Positions 41,101 to 53,145 of a stretch of 64,000 nucleotides of DNA are shown one piece after another (position 1 is the first letter of the stretch; each line of letters starts with the position of its first letter). Under the pieces are notes generated by a model. That model saw nothing but the letters and a program-made list of their open reading frames with translations. It ran no database searches and was not told where the DNA came from. The stretch comes from Macrostomum lignano (Eukaryota), in contig NIVC01000067.1 of NCBI GenBank assembly GCA_002269645.1, forward strand, positions 992,001 through 1,056,000. Reading direction: 5' to 3'. Made by a program: the position numbers and the translations under genes.

Positions 41101-44100
41101 GTGTACGAGTGTATCGGTCGAAATCAACTCTTCCAGCTTAACTCATAGAGCTAACAAAGATATCAACGCTACATATCGGTAGAAATCAAATTTGTCAGCC
41201 TAACTCTTGAGTCAATAGTTATTAACTATCGAGCCTGTACACTTAACAGTGTCAAGGGGGCTGGAGCCTAGTGGTTAGAGCGTCGGACTCACGACTGAAA
41301 GGTCGGGGGTTCGATTCTCGACCCACTCGGGACAATTTGTGTCCTTGAGCAAAGCACTTCACTCTGCATTGCTTCAGTTCACCCAGTTGTAAAATGGGTG
41401 CCAGCATTAGCTGGGGTAATTGAAGGTATGTGTGGCGACCCCCCAGTCCTTGGACTGAACAGCCGTACGCAGTCTTCAGATGCGCCGCGCAATAGCTGGG
41501 GCTGTCGGTTGCACATCTGGCCATTAGGGTAGGTGTAATCAGTTATTATTGTCATTATTACACTCAGCAACATGTCAAAGTTTCCACCCTCAAACCACTG
41601 GTCAGCAAGTGGCAGTTTTAATTCAACTCTAGCCAAAACTCTCCACTCTCTCCTCACCAGCTTAAGCCATTCACGGTTGAGACACGAGGATTGCGTCACT
41701 CGGGACTGGGATCTGAGAAAAGTTGATCACTGGTTTCGGGGTGGAAACTTAAATATGTTGCTGAGTGACTTGCTTGCTATCTGGGGGATGCTTGCTATCT
41801 GGGGATGCTTGCTATCTGGGGGATGCTTGCTATCTGGGGATGCTTGCTATCTGGGGGATGCTTGCTATCTGGGGATGCTTGCTATCTGGGGGATGCTTGC
41901 TATCTGGGGGATGCTTGCTATCTGGGGGATGCTTGCTATCTGGGGGATGCTTGCTATCTGGGGGATGCTTGCTATCTGGGGATGCTTGCTATCTGGGGGA
42001 TGCTTGCTATCTGGGGGATGCTTGCTATCTGGGGGATGCTTGCTATCTGGGGGATGCTTGCTATCTGGGGGATGCTTGCTATCTGGGGATGCTTGCTATC
42101 TGGGGCATGCTTGCTATCTGGGGGATGCTTGCTATCTGGGGGATGCTTGCTATCTGGGGGATGCTTGCTATCTGGGGGATGCTTGCTATCTGGGGGATGC
42201 TTGCTATCTGGGGGATGCTTGCTATCTGGGGATGCTTGCTATCTGGGGCATGCTTGCTATCTGGGGGATGCTTGCTATCTGGGGGATGCTTGCTATCTGG
42301 GGGATGCTTGCTATCTGGGGGATGCTTGCTATCTGGGGGATGCTTGCTATCTGGGGATGCTTGCTATCTGGGGATGCTTGCTATCTGGGGGATGCTTGCT
42401 ATCTGAGGATGCTTGCTATCTGGGGCATGCTTGCTATCTGGGGGATGCTTGCTATCTGGGGGATGCTTGCTATCTGGGGATGCTTGCTATCTGGGGATGC
42501 TTGCTATCTGAGGGTGCTTGCCATCTGGGGATGCTTGCTATCTGGGGCATGCTTGCTGTCTTGGGATGATTTCTTTTTGCATTTCACTTCATTTGAGTAG
42601 TTTGTCTGTTTTCTTTGTGAAAGCTTTATTTGGCTATCTTTCTGTTACTTGTAGAGAACAGAGATTCTATACAGATGTCCCCCAACGGGGGGCGAAGATT
42701 GCTAGTAGTCAAACTATTTTTCTAAGAAATTCTATATTCATGTGGCACACCAGCATTCACTAATGCATTTATCGGCCGTCTCCGAGGCCCCAAAAGCCCA
42801 AGGGTTTAGGCCACAGACATAGTTGCTGTTGCTGCTGTCTATGGTCTTAACCCCGGGGTTTTTGCGCTGCGGCCAGGCCATGGAGGAAAGAAAAGAATGA
42901 GGTGCTAATCTCTTGAATGCCATAGACAGCAGTGTCCATTCCCTTCCAAGTACGAGCTAGATACTCCAAACGAAAGGCTGTCAATGCCTAACTAAACCTT
43001 TGTTGCAACAGTACAGAGAAGTCACTCACTTGTACGAGTAGTTGACTGCGACTGCCCCATATCGGCGAAAATGTCGGAAACTGTAATGCAATTTTTATCA
43101 GCATAAATAGGGATTGCGGCTTAAGCTAAATCTTCAGCCAAAGCTATGGGTTCATTTAATAAATCTGAAATATTCGAGCACTGCCCAAAAGAAGATCTGC
43201 TCTTTTGCGTTTTTTTCTTTCAAAATTATATAGTCTTCAACCAGCTGTTGCATTAGTGGCATCTTCTACCGCATTTCACTGACCAGCCTTCTCTATCTCC
43301 TCTCTCTCTCTCTGTCTCCCTGCGTCTGTGCAGCCTCGCTGCCGCAGACAGAGGGACTCTGTGACAATGAGACACTCGAGTACACACACTTCCCCAGGCT
43401 CGCCTCAACCAACCCCCCCCCCAGCGGCACAACCTGAGAATGAGATTCCATTGCTAGTGAATGACAGCGAGAGGTATACGAGCTAGAAACCGCAGCTTGA
43501 GTCCAGCCAACCCCCCGCAGTCATCAATTGCAGCGCTTGAGCAAATAAGCGTGGGAGTTTTGAGAACACGAGCTTTAAAATATTTACTACTAACTAGTGT
43601 GTGTGTGCCTGTGTATGGAGGGGTCTAGTCTCGCCAAAACCCTGCAATACTTCTCTTGCTAGGACTGGCTGTTCAGTCAAAGATGGCATAATGCTAGAGA
43701 TTCGCCTGCGTTGAAGCATTGATTGCGGAAGTGCGAGTGCAGGATACCCACAGATTGTGCTAATGAGGTCATGTCCTCGAATCTAACCGCAATGAGGTCA
43801 TGTCCTCGAATCTAACCGCAATGAGGTCATGTCCTCGAATCTAACCGCAATGAGGTCATGTCCTCGAATCTAACCGCAATGAGGTCATGTCCTCGAATCT
43901 AACCGCAATGAGGTCATGTCCTCGAATCTAACTGCAATGAGGTCATGTCCTCGAATCTAACCGCAATGAGGTCATGTCCTCGAATCTAACCGCAATGAGG
44001 TCATGTCCTCGAATCTAACCGCAATGAGGTCATGTCCTCGAATCTAACCGCAATGAGGTCATGTCCTCGAATCTAACCGCAATGAGGTCATGTCCTCGAA

Positions 44101-47014
44101 TCTAACCGCAATGAGGTCATGTCCTCGAATCTAACCGCAATGAGGTCATGTCCTCAAATCTAACCGCAATGAGGTCATGTCCTCAAATCTAACCGCAATG
44201 AGGTCATGTCCTCGAATCTAACCGCAATGAGGTCATGTCCTCGAATCTAACCGCAATGAGGTCATGTCCTCGAATCTAACTGCAATGAGGTCATGTCCTC
44301 AAATCTAACCGCAATGAGGTCATGTCCTCAAATCTAACCGCAATGAGGTCATGTCCTCGAATCTAACCGCAATGAGGTCATGTCCTCGAATCTAACCGCA
44401 ATCATTTCCTCGAATCTAACCAAAAGGAGGTCATGTCCTCGAATCTAGCCAAAAGGAGGTCATGACTTTGGATCTAACTACAATGAGGTCATGACATGGG
44501 ATCTAATGACAATGAGGTCATGACATGGGATCTAATGACAATGAGGTCATGACCTTGAAGCCTTGAAACCGAACAAAGTTTTTGAGACAAAACAAAAAAT
44601 TCTATATAAATAGTTTGCAACAGAGGTCGCCCCGGATTTGACCAACCTTGCCTGGCCCTGGCGCTGTTCGGGGCGGCAAGAAATCCGCTGCTTCCTGAGT
44701 CCGCTGGCATTTTGTCTTCAGCTAGCAGTTGTTGCAGTCCGGCAGGCAGAAATTCGATGAACAGAATGAGATGATTCCCCTCCCTCGCACACACTTGATA
44801 ATAAATCAAGAATCAGCTTATCGAATTCAATGCAATCAATCTTACTGAAGGCTTTGCGCTGATTGGCTGGTAGAAATTCTACTATACGGTTTAGAGAAAG
44901 TACACACTACACTACTGCTACTCGGCAGTAGTAGTAGTAGTAGTAGTAGGTTTAATTTAACAAGAATATTTCTGTTTACAAAAGGTAAATATGCACTTAG
45001 TAAATAGACTCACCTCTGACAGCAATAGAAGCGCTGGCATTGCCATAAAGATTGTAGAACTGGCAGCTGAAGTTGCCCACAGCTGACTGTGTCGGCCGCT
45101 TCAGGACCAACCGGGTGGTCACCAGCTGGCCTCTGCGGGGGATGGAGGAGGATGGAGGATGTAGGATGATGGAGGAGGGTGGAGGATGGAGGAGGATGGA
45201 GGAGAGAGGAGGATGGTGGAGAGAGGAGGGTGGTGGAGGATGGAGAAGAGAGGAGAATGGTGGAGAGAGGAGGATGGTGGAGGATGGAGGAGGATGGAGG
45301 AGAGAGGAGAATGGTGGAGAGAGGAGGGTGGTGGAGGATGGAGAAGAGAGGAGAATGGTGGAGAGAGGAGGATGGTGGAGGATGGAGGAGGATGGAGGAG
45401 AGAGGAGAATGGTGGAGAGAGGAGGATGGTGGAGGATGGAGGAGGATGGAGGAGAGAGGAGAATGGTGGAGAGAGGAGGATGGTGGAGGATGGAGGATGG
45501 AGGATGGAGGATGGAGGAGGATGATGGTAGGAGCGGAAGGAGGAGCAGCGGAGGATGTAGAAGAGAAAGCATACAAAGCAAAACCGAAAGCGGTACCTTT
45601 TCTTGATCCTGGCCACCACCCGGATGTCCCGTCTGCCGCCTGCCGAGTTCGTCGCGTCGACGACATCTCGTCCGTCTTTGAGCCAGCGAGCTCGAGGCGG
45701 CGGGCTGCCCTCGGCGCTGCAGGACAGGCGCAGGCTCGACGGCTTCTGTGGGAGTCGACGTCCGCGTCGATTTCTCCGCCGGGGCCGTCGCGGCCCCCGA
45801 CGCTTCCATCGATATCGAATGCGGCCAGTCAACGCTGGCGGGCTCGCTGGGTTGGAGAAGCGTTTGCATGAAGATTAGTAGTACTTTTTGCTCACAAGTT
45901 CATGTGCACTTTTATTTCGGGTACAGATGCACTTTTTTAAAAGTGTACGGGAACTTTCAGTAGCTTGTAGCAAAGTGTGGGGTCTCCAAGACGTAGTACT
46001 TTGATTGCAATAAAGTACATCTTGTACTTTTGAAATGCTGTTTTTAGCTCATAATGTAAGCTCCGTCAATAAAAAATAAAATTATTTTTGGCATTTTTTA
46101 TCTCATTTCTTGCGCAAATTAGGCATTGCCGCCTGCACCTACCGGCTCATCATTTTACTGACGCAGTGGCAGGGGAGGGGTAATACTAAATAATCACCAC
46201 TGACTGCAGAGCTTTGATTAGCTGGGTCTTTTCTCTCGTCCGGCTCGCAATCTTAGCCTGTCTGTCTGTCTGTCTGTCTATCTTAGCCTTCCTGTCTGTC
46301 TGGTCACCTTACGCTCGTAACTTGTCTGTCTGTCTGTCGTTCTTAGTCTATTTGCCTGTCGATCTCATCCTGTCCATCTGTCCGTTTTTTTGTCCGTCTG
46401 TCTGTCTGTCCATCTCAGCCTCAGTTCAGCGCAAGTCGCTCACTCTGCACCAGCTGCATCTTGACCAGATTGTGCTGAGTGAACCTGGCCGGCAGGAAGG
46501 CATGCCGGAAGTAGTTGCTCAGACCAGTCGGCTTCAGAAACAGGATATAGCCTTTGGCTGAGTATGCACCAGTTCGGTCAGCAGACGGAGTGCAGGACAG
46601 CCTTTGCAGCCGGCGCCGAAATTGGTGGCTGAACTCGCCAACTAGAGTCTCTCTGATCCCGTCAATGTGAGCCTGCAGGCGCGGCGAGTCAGCCTTGAGC
46701 ACGGAGTGAACAGTCACCGTCAGGTTGAGCAGCGGCTGGTCATGCCGACGATACCCGTGTTGTCGCGGCGGCGGCGTCCAGCTAGCGCGCACAATCAGCG
46801 GAGCCAGCAGCCACTTGGACTGCAGGTCGTTGAACTCATGACCGCATTCAATCAGTCCGGCGCGCGGCAGTCGGCGCCACTTTCTGCCGGCGCTGACGCC
46901 TCTGGCTGGATTTGCTTGACTGCTCAAGCTGAGCAGCAACGTCAGGAGAAGAGTGAATCGTGGCCGAGACGTCAAAGCCACGATGCCAGCGGTCGGTTGC
47001 TGTTTAAAGGGCAT
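32101..47014 (-). CDS. nrg: Transmembrane neuregulin/vein-like EGFR ligand (signal/N-terminal domain, Ig I-set, EGF, TM, cytoplasmic tail), 7 exons, at least 526 aa
   Basis: Exons 47014-46444, 45846-45597, 45132-45014, 40923-40812, 36987-36929, 35479-35365, 32455-32101; all GT-AG and phase-compatible (1581 nt). Ig: [21 protein letters not shown]...[28 protein letters not shown]: [17 protein letters not shown]...PYC|MC...C, split between C4 and C5. TM: [28 protein letters not shown]. Confidence 0.85.
32843..33381. mobile_element. Foldback element with TIRs built from about 14-bp tandem units
   Basis: GGTTTACCCC(A)GATTCGCCGAATCCCGATTCGCCG... at 32843 and ...CGGCGAATCGGGATTCGGCGAATCGGGGGTAAACC at 33381. 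No target-site duplication seen. Confidence 0.8.
35505..36028. repeat. 32-bp minisatellite
   Basis: Unit CTGGATGCCTAATGCCAGCCTAATGATTCTAA, about 16 copies. Confidence 0.96.
36650..36808. repeat. 21-bp minisatellite
   Basis: Unit ATTTCTCATTCTGAACTCCAG, about 7 copies. Confidence 0.95.
37560..37722 (-). mobile_element. tRNA-derived SINE fragment
   Basis: Minus-strand head GGGGCAGGGCAGCTCAGCCGTTAAAC...GGTTTGATACC (A-box- and B-box-like). Confidence 0.5.
38340..39055. repeat. G-rich degenerate 14-bp minisatellite
   Basis: Unit GGCGGTGAGGGGAA/GGCGGTGAGGGGCA and variants. Confidence 0.93.
39665..40600. repeat. 61-bp satellite (about 13-14 copies), with detached degenerate copies at about 41110-41225
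   Basis: Unit ACATATCGGTAGAAATCAACTCTTCCAACTTGAATCTTGAGCCAATTAAGTTATTAACGAT. Confidence 0.96.
41256..41561 (+). mobile_element. CORE-SINE (tRNA head, CORE domain, TTA-rich tail)
   Basis: Head GCCTAGTGGTTAGAGC...GGGTTCGATTCTC (A/B boxes), then GTGTCCTTGAGCAAAGCACTTCACTCTGCATTGCTTCAGTTCACCCAGTTGTAAAATGGG (MIR/AFC-type CORE), ending in TTATTATTGTCATTATTA. Confidence 0.85.
41769..42560. repeat. 17/18-bp G-tract minisatellite (about 45 copies)
   Basis: Unit CTGGGG(G)ATGCTTGCTAT. Confidence 0.97.
42832..42932. repeat. 13-bp perfect inverted pair containing the CCATAGAC motif
   Basis: CTGCTGTCTATGG (42832-42844) and CCATAGACAGCAG (42920-42932), with a 75-bp spacer. Confidence 0.8.
43762..44470. 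repeat. 29-bp minisatellite (about 23 copies)
   Basis: Unit AATGAGGTCATGTCCTCGAATCTAACCGC. Confidence 0.97.
45140..45530. repeat. Purine-rich (GGA/GAT) low-complexity repeat filling nrg intron 2; a similar tract lies at 47680-47930
   Basis: GGAGGATGG/GAGAGGAG arrays. Confidence 0.93.
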
Positions 47015-48652
47015 TTTATGACTATTCAATAGAGGGAACTCTGTGCAACTGAGTTGAGAGCAGAAGAGTCGCTCGCTGCAAGAATTTAATCAAGAGAAAT
47101 GCCAGAGAGGGGAGGAGAGTCAGCGCACACAAACAGCAGTGGGTCAGTGTATTGACAGAACTGGCTAGCGGAGCAGCGGAGCTAAGAGGTGAAGGCAGGG
47201 GCTGAAGAGCCACGTGCAGAAGAAATAAGTATTAGAATGCTAAGCATGAGCAAAGCAGTTAGCTTTTAGCTTAGCTACTGCTCTAATCAGCATTGTCGCC
47301 GAACACATGAATACTTTGTTTGCTTATTAGCTACTAGTAGTAGCGATAAATAAATAAAACATGATTATTATCCAACGAAAAGGGATATTTTTCCAAGCAA
47401 AAAAAATTAATGACGCGTTTCTAGCGATTCTGTCAGATGTCTGATTTTTTAAATATATTTCTAGTTTATGTTGCTCAGAGTGAGAATACAGCCTTCGCAG
47501 TAAGTACACAGTTGAAAATAATAATTAAACTTGAAATTAACGAACAATATTAAAACACAAAACACGATAGTTCTAACAAAATTAGTGATTTCACAAGCTG
47601 CTGTGCAACAACAATGAGGTGGCTCACAAAGAAAGCAGTGGCGAATTTCCTGTATCTGCCATTGGTTTCTGGAGAAGGGAGGAGGATGGAAGAGGGTGGA
47701 GGATAATAGAGAATGACGGGGAGGATGGAGGATGATGGAGGATGATTGAGGATGGAGGAAGGAGAATGGAGAATGGAGGAGGATGGAGGATATAGGATGA
47801 TGGAGGATGGAGGAGAAAGGAGAATGGAGGATGGAGGAGAAAGGAGAATGGAGGATGGAGGAGAATGGAGGATGAGGATGGAGATGATGGAGGATGGAGG
47901 ATGGAGGATGGAGGCTGGAGGAGGAAGATGGATCCGGGTCAGTTGGCGAAATGAATTGGTGGATCTGCCACTGCTTTGTTTTTATTGTTCAATAACCAAT
48001 GATGTAAAGTTTTTCCTCCACCCTGTGGAGGGGTGCAGCCGCTAGTCCAATATACTAATTAATACAATACACAAAAACTGAGCAAAAAAGCTACGGCAAT
48101 GATGCAGTGCTAGACGATGCTGTATAGAAATTCAAAATACACACACAGTATGCCACTTTTCTGGCAGCTCAAGCTGATTAAATTCCTAGTGAAACCGGAA
48201 AATTTGCAACATACTACTTTTAGCAACATTTCTAACCTAAGTAAAGTATGAAGAGAAACTTGTTTTTAGTAGAAAATTTAAGAGATTACACCAATAAATA
48301 AAATTTCAAGCTGTGCGATACAAAGGTCCAGATTCTATTAGTCATTAACGAATTCTCAGCAGGGGGCAAGCAGCAGTTTAATATGGCCGTTAGGCACAAC
48401 TTGCTAACTGACTACTACTAATTATTAGCATATATAAAAGCTAGCTAGGATTAAGAAAACAGAATAAAATGTTTAGCGAACAAATTTTTCAACGAAAAAG
48501 CAACAGGTTAAAACTGACAAAAAACGATTTTAAACACAAGCCTGACATACCGGTTGATCAGGTCAGCAACACATGAAAACATATTTTGGTTATTATCTTG
48601 TCTGCCTTCTTAAACAGTATTAAATCGAAAATCACTCATCCAGCCAGGCTCA

Positions 48653-51600
48653 CTAGAAGAGATTCTTCAGATCCTGCAGGGCCCGGCAGATCTGGTCACC
48701 GAACCGGCGAGAGTTCTGCAGTTTAACAATGGTTGCCATGGAGATGGCAGTGGGGGGACTACCTAATTTAGGCTAATCTATCTACTAATTAACCTACGCC
48801 AAGCTAATGTATCTACCAATTAACCTACTCCAAGCTAATGTATCTACAAATTAACCTACTCCAAGCTAATGTATCTACCAATTAACCTACTCCAAGCTAA
48901 TGTATCTACAAATTAACCTACTCCAAGCTAATGTATCTACAAATTAACCTACTCCAAGCTAATGTATCTACAAATTAACCTACTCCAAGCTAATGTATCT
49001 ACCAATTAACCTACTCCAAGCTAATGTATCTACCAATTAACCTACTTCAAGCTAATGTATCTACCAATTAACCTACTTCAAGCTAATCTAGCTATCAGAA
49101 TGCAGGAGCAACTCACAGTCAGGTCGCAGCTCACGCGGCTGCTGATGTGAAAGAAGATGGTGTCCTCTCCGGCGATAATGTAGGAGACGCCGTAGCCGTC
49201 CTCGGAGACGGGGCCAAAGCCGCCGCCAGCGCTAATAGAGTCGGGACTATTCCTCAGATCCAGTTTCCCAGTCTGACCGTGCGGAGTCTGCGAAGTGGAC
49301 AGTTTCCACTGGCAGTGCAGCGCCTTCTCTAGGAATGGCGACTGGATCTTGCAGTACTTTGAAACAACGTACAGAGTGAAGAGATGCCGATCGACGCCTT
49401 TGCCGGTCATTGCGTCCCGGTACATGGTCTGGTGCTTGTCGGCCGCGGCCCGGACCAGCCGAATCAACTCCGCCTTCTGCCGGGAGGGGACGGACAAGGT
49501 GGAGAGGAGTGCAACTGTTGTATTCCGAGTGTATAATTATTGCCAGGCTGGATAAGAATTTGCATTTCACCACCGGTTCCTGCACCTAATGGTCCCTGTA
49601 CCAATGGTCCCTGCACCCAATGGTCCCTGTACCCAATGGCCATTGCTCCTAATCAGTGAGCAGCTGCACCCAATGGCCATTGCTCCTAATCAGTGAGCAG
49701 CTGCACCCAATGGCCATTGCTCCTAATCAGTGAGCAGCTGCACCCAATGGCCATTGCTCCTAATCAGTGAGCAGCTGCACCCAATGGCCATTGCTCCTAA
49801 TCAGTGAGCAGCTGCACCCAATGGCCATTGCTCCTAATCAGTGAGCAGCTGCACCCAATGGCCATTGCTCCTAATCAGTGAGCAGCTGCACCCAATGGCC
49901 ATTGCTCCTAATCAGTGAGCAGCTGCACCCAATGGCCATTGCTCCTTATCAGTGAGCAGCTGCACTCAATGGCCATTGCTCCTAATCAGTGAGCAGCTGC
50001 ACCCAATGGCCATTGCTCCTTATCAGTGAGCAGCTGCACTCAATGGCCATTGCTCCTAATCAGTGAGCAGCTGCCTACGTGCCGCACACCCATTACCTAG
50101 CAATCATTCAGAAAGGAAGGCCGACTCACGCTGGCATTTCCTGACTCCATAGCGCGCACGAACTCGCACGACTGATTGGTGCACGAGCGCACAGTCTCGG
50201 TGCGGCCCTCCCTGAACAGCCGGGTCATGGAGGCCTCGTAGGTCAAGCAGAACTGGCCGCCGCTGTCACGGAAGTAGGCGAGCTGCAGGGCCAGCTGGAC
50301 AAATGCGTCCGGACTCATTCGACAGGTCTTCATGGCGCCCTTGCCAAACTGCGTGTGCACCACCAGGTGCAGGTCGACGTCATTTAATAAGTTGGTGGCA
50401 ACGCGCAGCTGGCTCGAGATCACGTCGCGACAGGAGGCGCTGAGATCCCATTGCAATCGGATCGGATTTGGCACCGTGCCCTTTGGCGAGCCTTTGCAGT
50501 GCCCATCCGAGTTGTAGCTGCAATTGGTTGGCGACTATGGTTGTTCGTCTGTGATATTCGTTTCTATGCGAGTGACTTGCGCCTCTACTAGAGCTCAGTC
50601 AGGTGACTGACAACAACGATTGAAGGACAGTCAGGGGCGTGACAATAACGATTGAAGGACAGTCAGGGGCGTGACAACAACGATTGAAGGACAGTCAGGT
50701 GACTGACAATAACGATTGAAGGACAGTCAGGCGAGTGACAATAACGATTGAAGGACAATCAGGTGACTGACAAAAATAACGATTGAAGGACAGTCAGGCG
50801 AGTGACAATAATAACGATTGAAGGACAGTCAGGCGAGTGACAATAATAAGGATTGAAGGACAGTCAGGCGCGTGACAATAACGATTGAAGGACAGTCAGG
50901 CGCGTGACAATAACGATTGAAGGACAGTCAGGTGACTGACAATAACGATTGAAGGACAGTCAGGCGAGTGACAATAATAACGATTGAAGGACAGTCAGGC
51001 GCGTGACAATAACGATTGAAGGACAGTCAGGTGACTGACAATAACGATTGAAGGACAGTCAGGCGAGTGACAATAATAAGGATTGAAGGACAGTCAGGCG
51101 CGTGACAATAACGATTGAAGGACAGTCAGGCGCGTGACAATAACGATTGAAGGACAGTCAGGTGACTGACAATAACGATTGAAGGACAGTCAGGCGAGTG
51201 ACAATAACGATTGAAGGACAGTCAGGCGAGTGACAATAACGATTGAAGGACAGCTAGACGAGGGAAAATACAAGGACAGACAGCCAGAAGGGTGATGACG
51301 AAATAATTAATATCCATAGACATAACAGAAACAGAGCATAGCTCACCCAACGCCGGGCACAATGTCGCTGGTAATAACAGTCTCCTCCCATAGCTGAGAG
51401 AGTACAGGAGCGTCGGCCCTTGATAAATAATGAGAATGTACCGCTTTTATTATATTTTAGACTGCCAGGAACAGCGCAGGTTGTGTTCTGCAAACTGCAG
51501 TAACCGAGAGTGCTAGTAGAAGGAGAGCATTAAAACAAAACTTACCAACTGTGCTCCGCGTTGAAGCCAATCTGAAAATTTCAGATAATAATAATTGAAT

Positions 51601-52154
51601 TAGATAAGATCACATTAGTAGGTAGTTATTAAAACATCTAACATTCTATAATATGAATCTACAAATAATTAACTGTCAGTCAGTCAGTCTGTCTCTCTGA
51701 CTATTAGTTAGGAGTTTTTAATTTGAGCTATGGGCTGTAGGGGCTGTGTGCACCCTGACGCACTTTAGGCGACATGGTCACACAACCGGCGAGGCATTAC
51801 GAGCGTACTGCCCATTCCGCCGACTCCCCTGTACAGGCACACAAGCGCGCGGATACGTACGCAGTCATACGCACAGGCGCACACTCACACTGGAGTGTAC
51901 AGCGGCACTAACGTATTTATCGTTAGGCATGTACACTTCACTGTGCCTTGGGGGTTGGCCCTCAAGACCGTTAATTGCGCGAGCAGAGCCAAGCCGAGAT
52001 TCCAAATGAATCCTCAAATTAATGTGACTGCACTTGGAATCGAGCCTGGGACATCAGAGCGCCGCGCTAGACCACTGGGATACGACCCCCGTCTCTGACT
52101 GTCCACCTGCCTTTCGGTCTCTCTGTCTGTTTTACAGTCTGTCTGTCTTGTCCA

Positions 52155-52225
<71 letters not shown>

Positions 52226-52231
52226 TGTCCA

Positions 52232-52286
<55 letters not shown>

Positions 52287-52287
52287 T

Positions 52288-52334
<47 letters not shown>

Positions 52335-52335
52335 T

Positions 52336-52394
<59 letters not shown>

Positions 52395-52395
52395 T

Positions 52396-52458
<63 letters not shown>

Positions 52459-52464
52459 TGTCCA

Positions 52465-52507
<43 letters not shown>

Positions 52508-52508
52508 T

Positions 52509-52543
<35 letters not shown>

Positions 52544-52544
52544 T

Positions 52545-52603
<59 letters not shown>

Positions 52604-52604
52604 T

Positions 52605-52675
<71 letters not shown>

Positions 52676-52710
52676 TAGTGTATGTCTGTCTTAGTGTATG
52701 CCTGTATGCC

Positions 52711-52741
<31 letters not shown>

Positions 52742-52765
52742 GCCTGTCTGTCTGTCCTGTCTACC

Positions 52766-52802
<37 letters not shown>

Positions 52803-52803
52803 T

Positions 52804-52862
<59 letters not shown>

Positions 52863-52868
52863 TGTCCA

Positions 52869-52911
<43 letters not shown>

Positions 52912-52912
52912 T

Positions 52913-52951
<39 letters not shown>

Positions 52952-52952
52952 T

Positions 52953-53007
<55 letters not shown>

Positions 53008-53008
53008 T

Positions 53009-53079
<71 letters not shown>

Positions 53080-53114
53080 TAGTGTATGTCTGTCTTAGTG
53101 TATGCCTGTATGCC

Positions 53115-53145
<31 letters not shown>

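Noticed and set aside
41256-41330. tRNA gene
   Set aside because: The anticodon and acceptor stems do not pair, and the head runs into a CORE domain and TTA tail, so it is a SINE.
44489-44809. ORF as the second half of the neuregulin Ig domain
   Set aside because: The Ig F/G strands are encoded by 45132-45014; this ORF has no Ig motif and partly reads through repeat.
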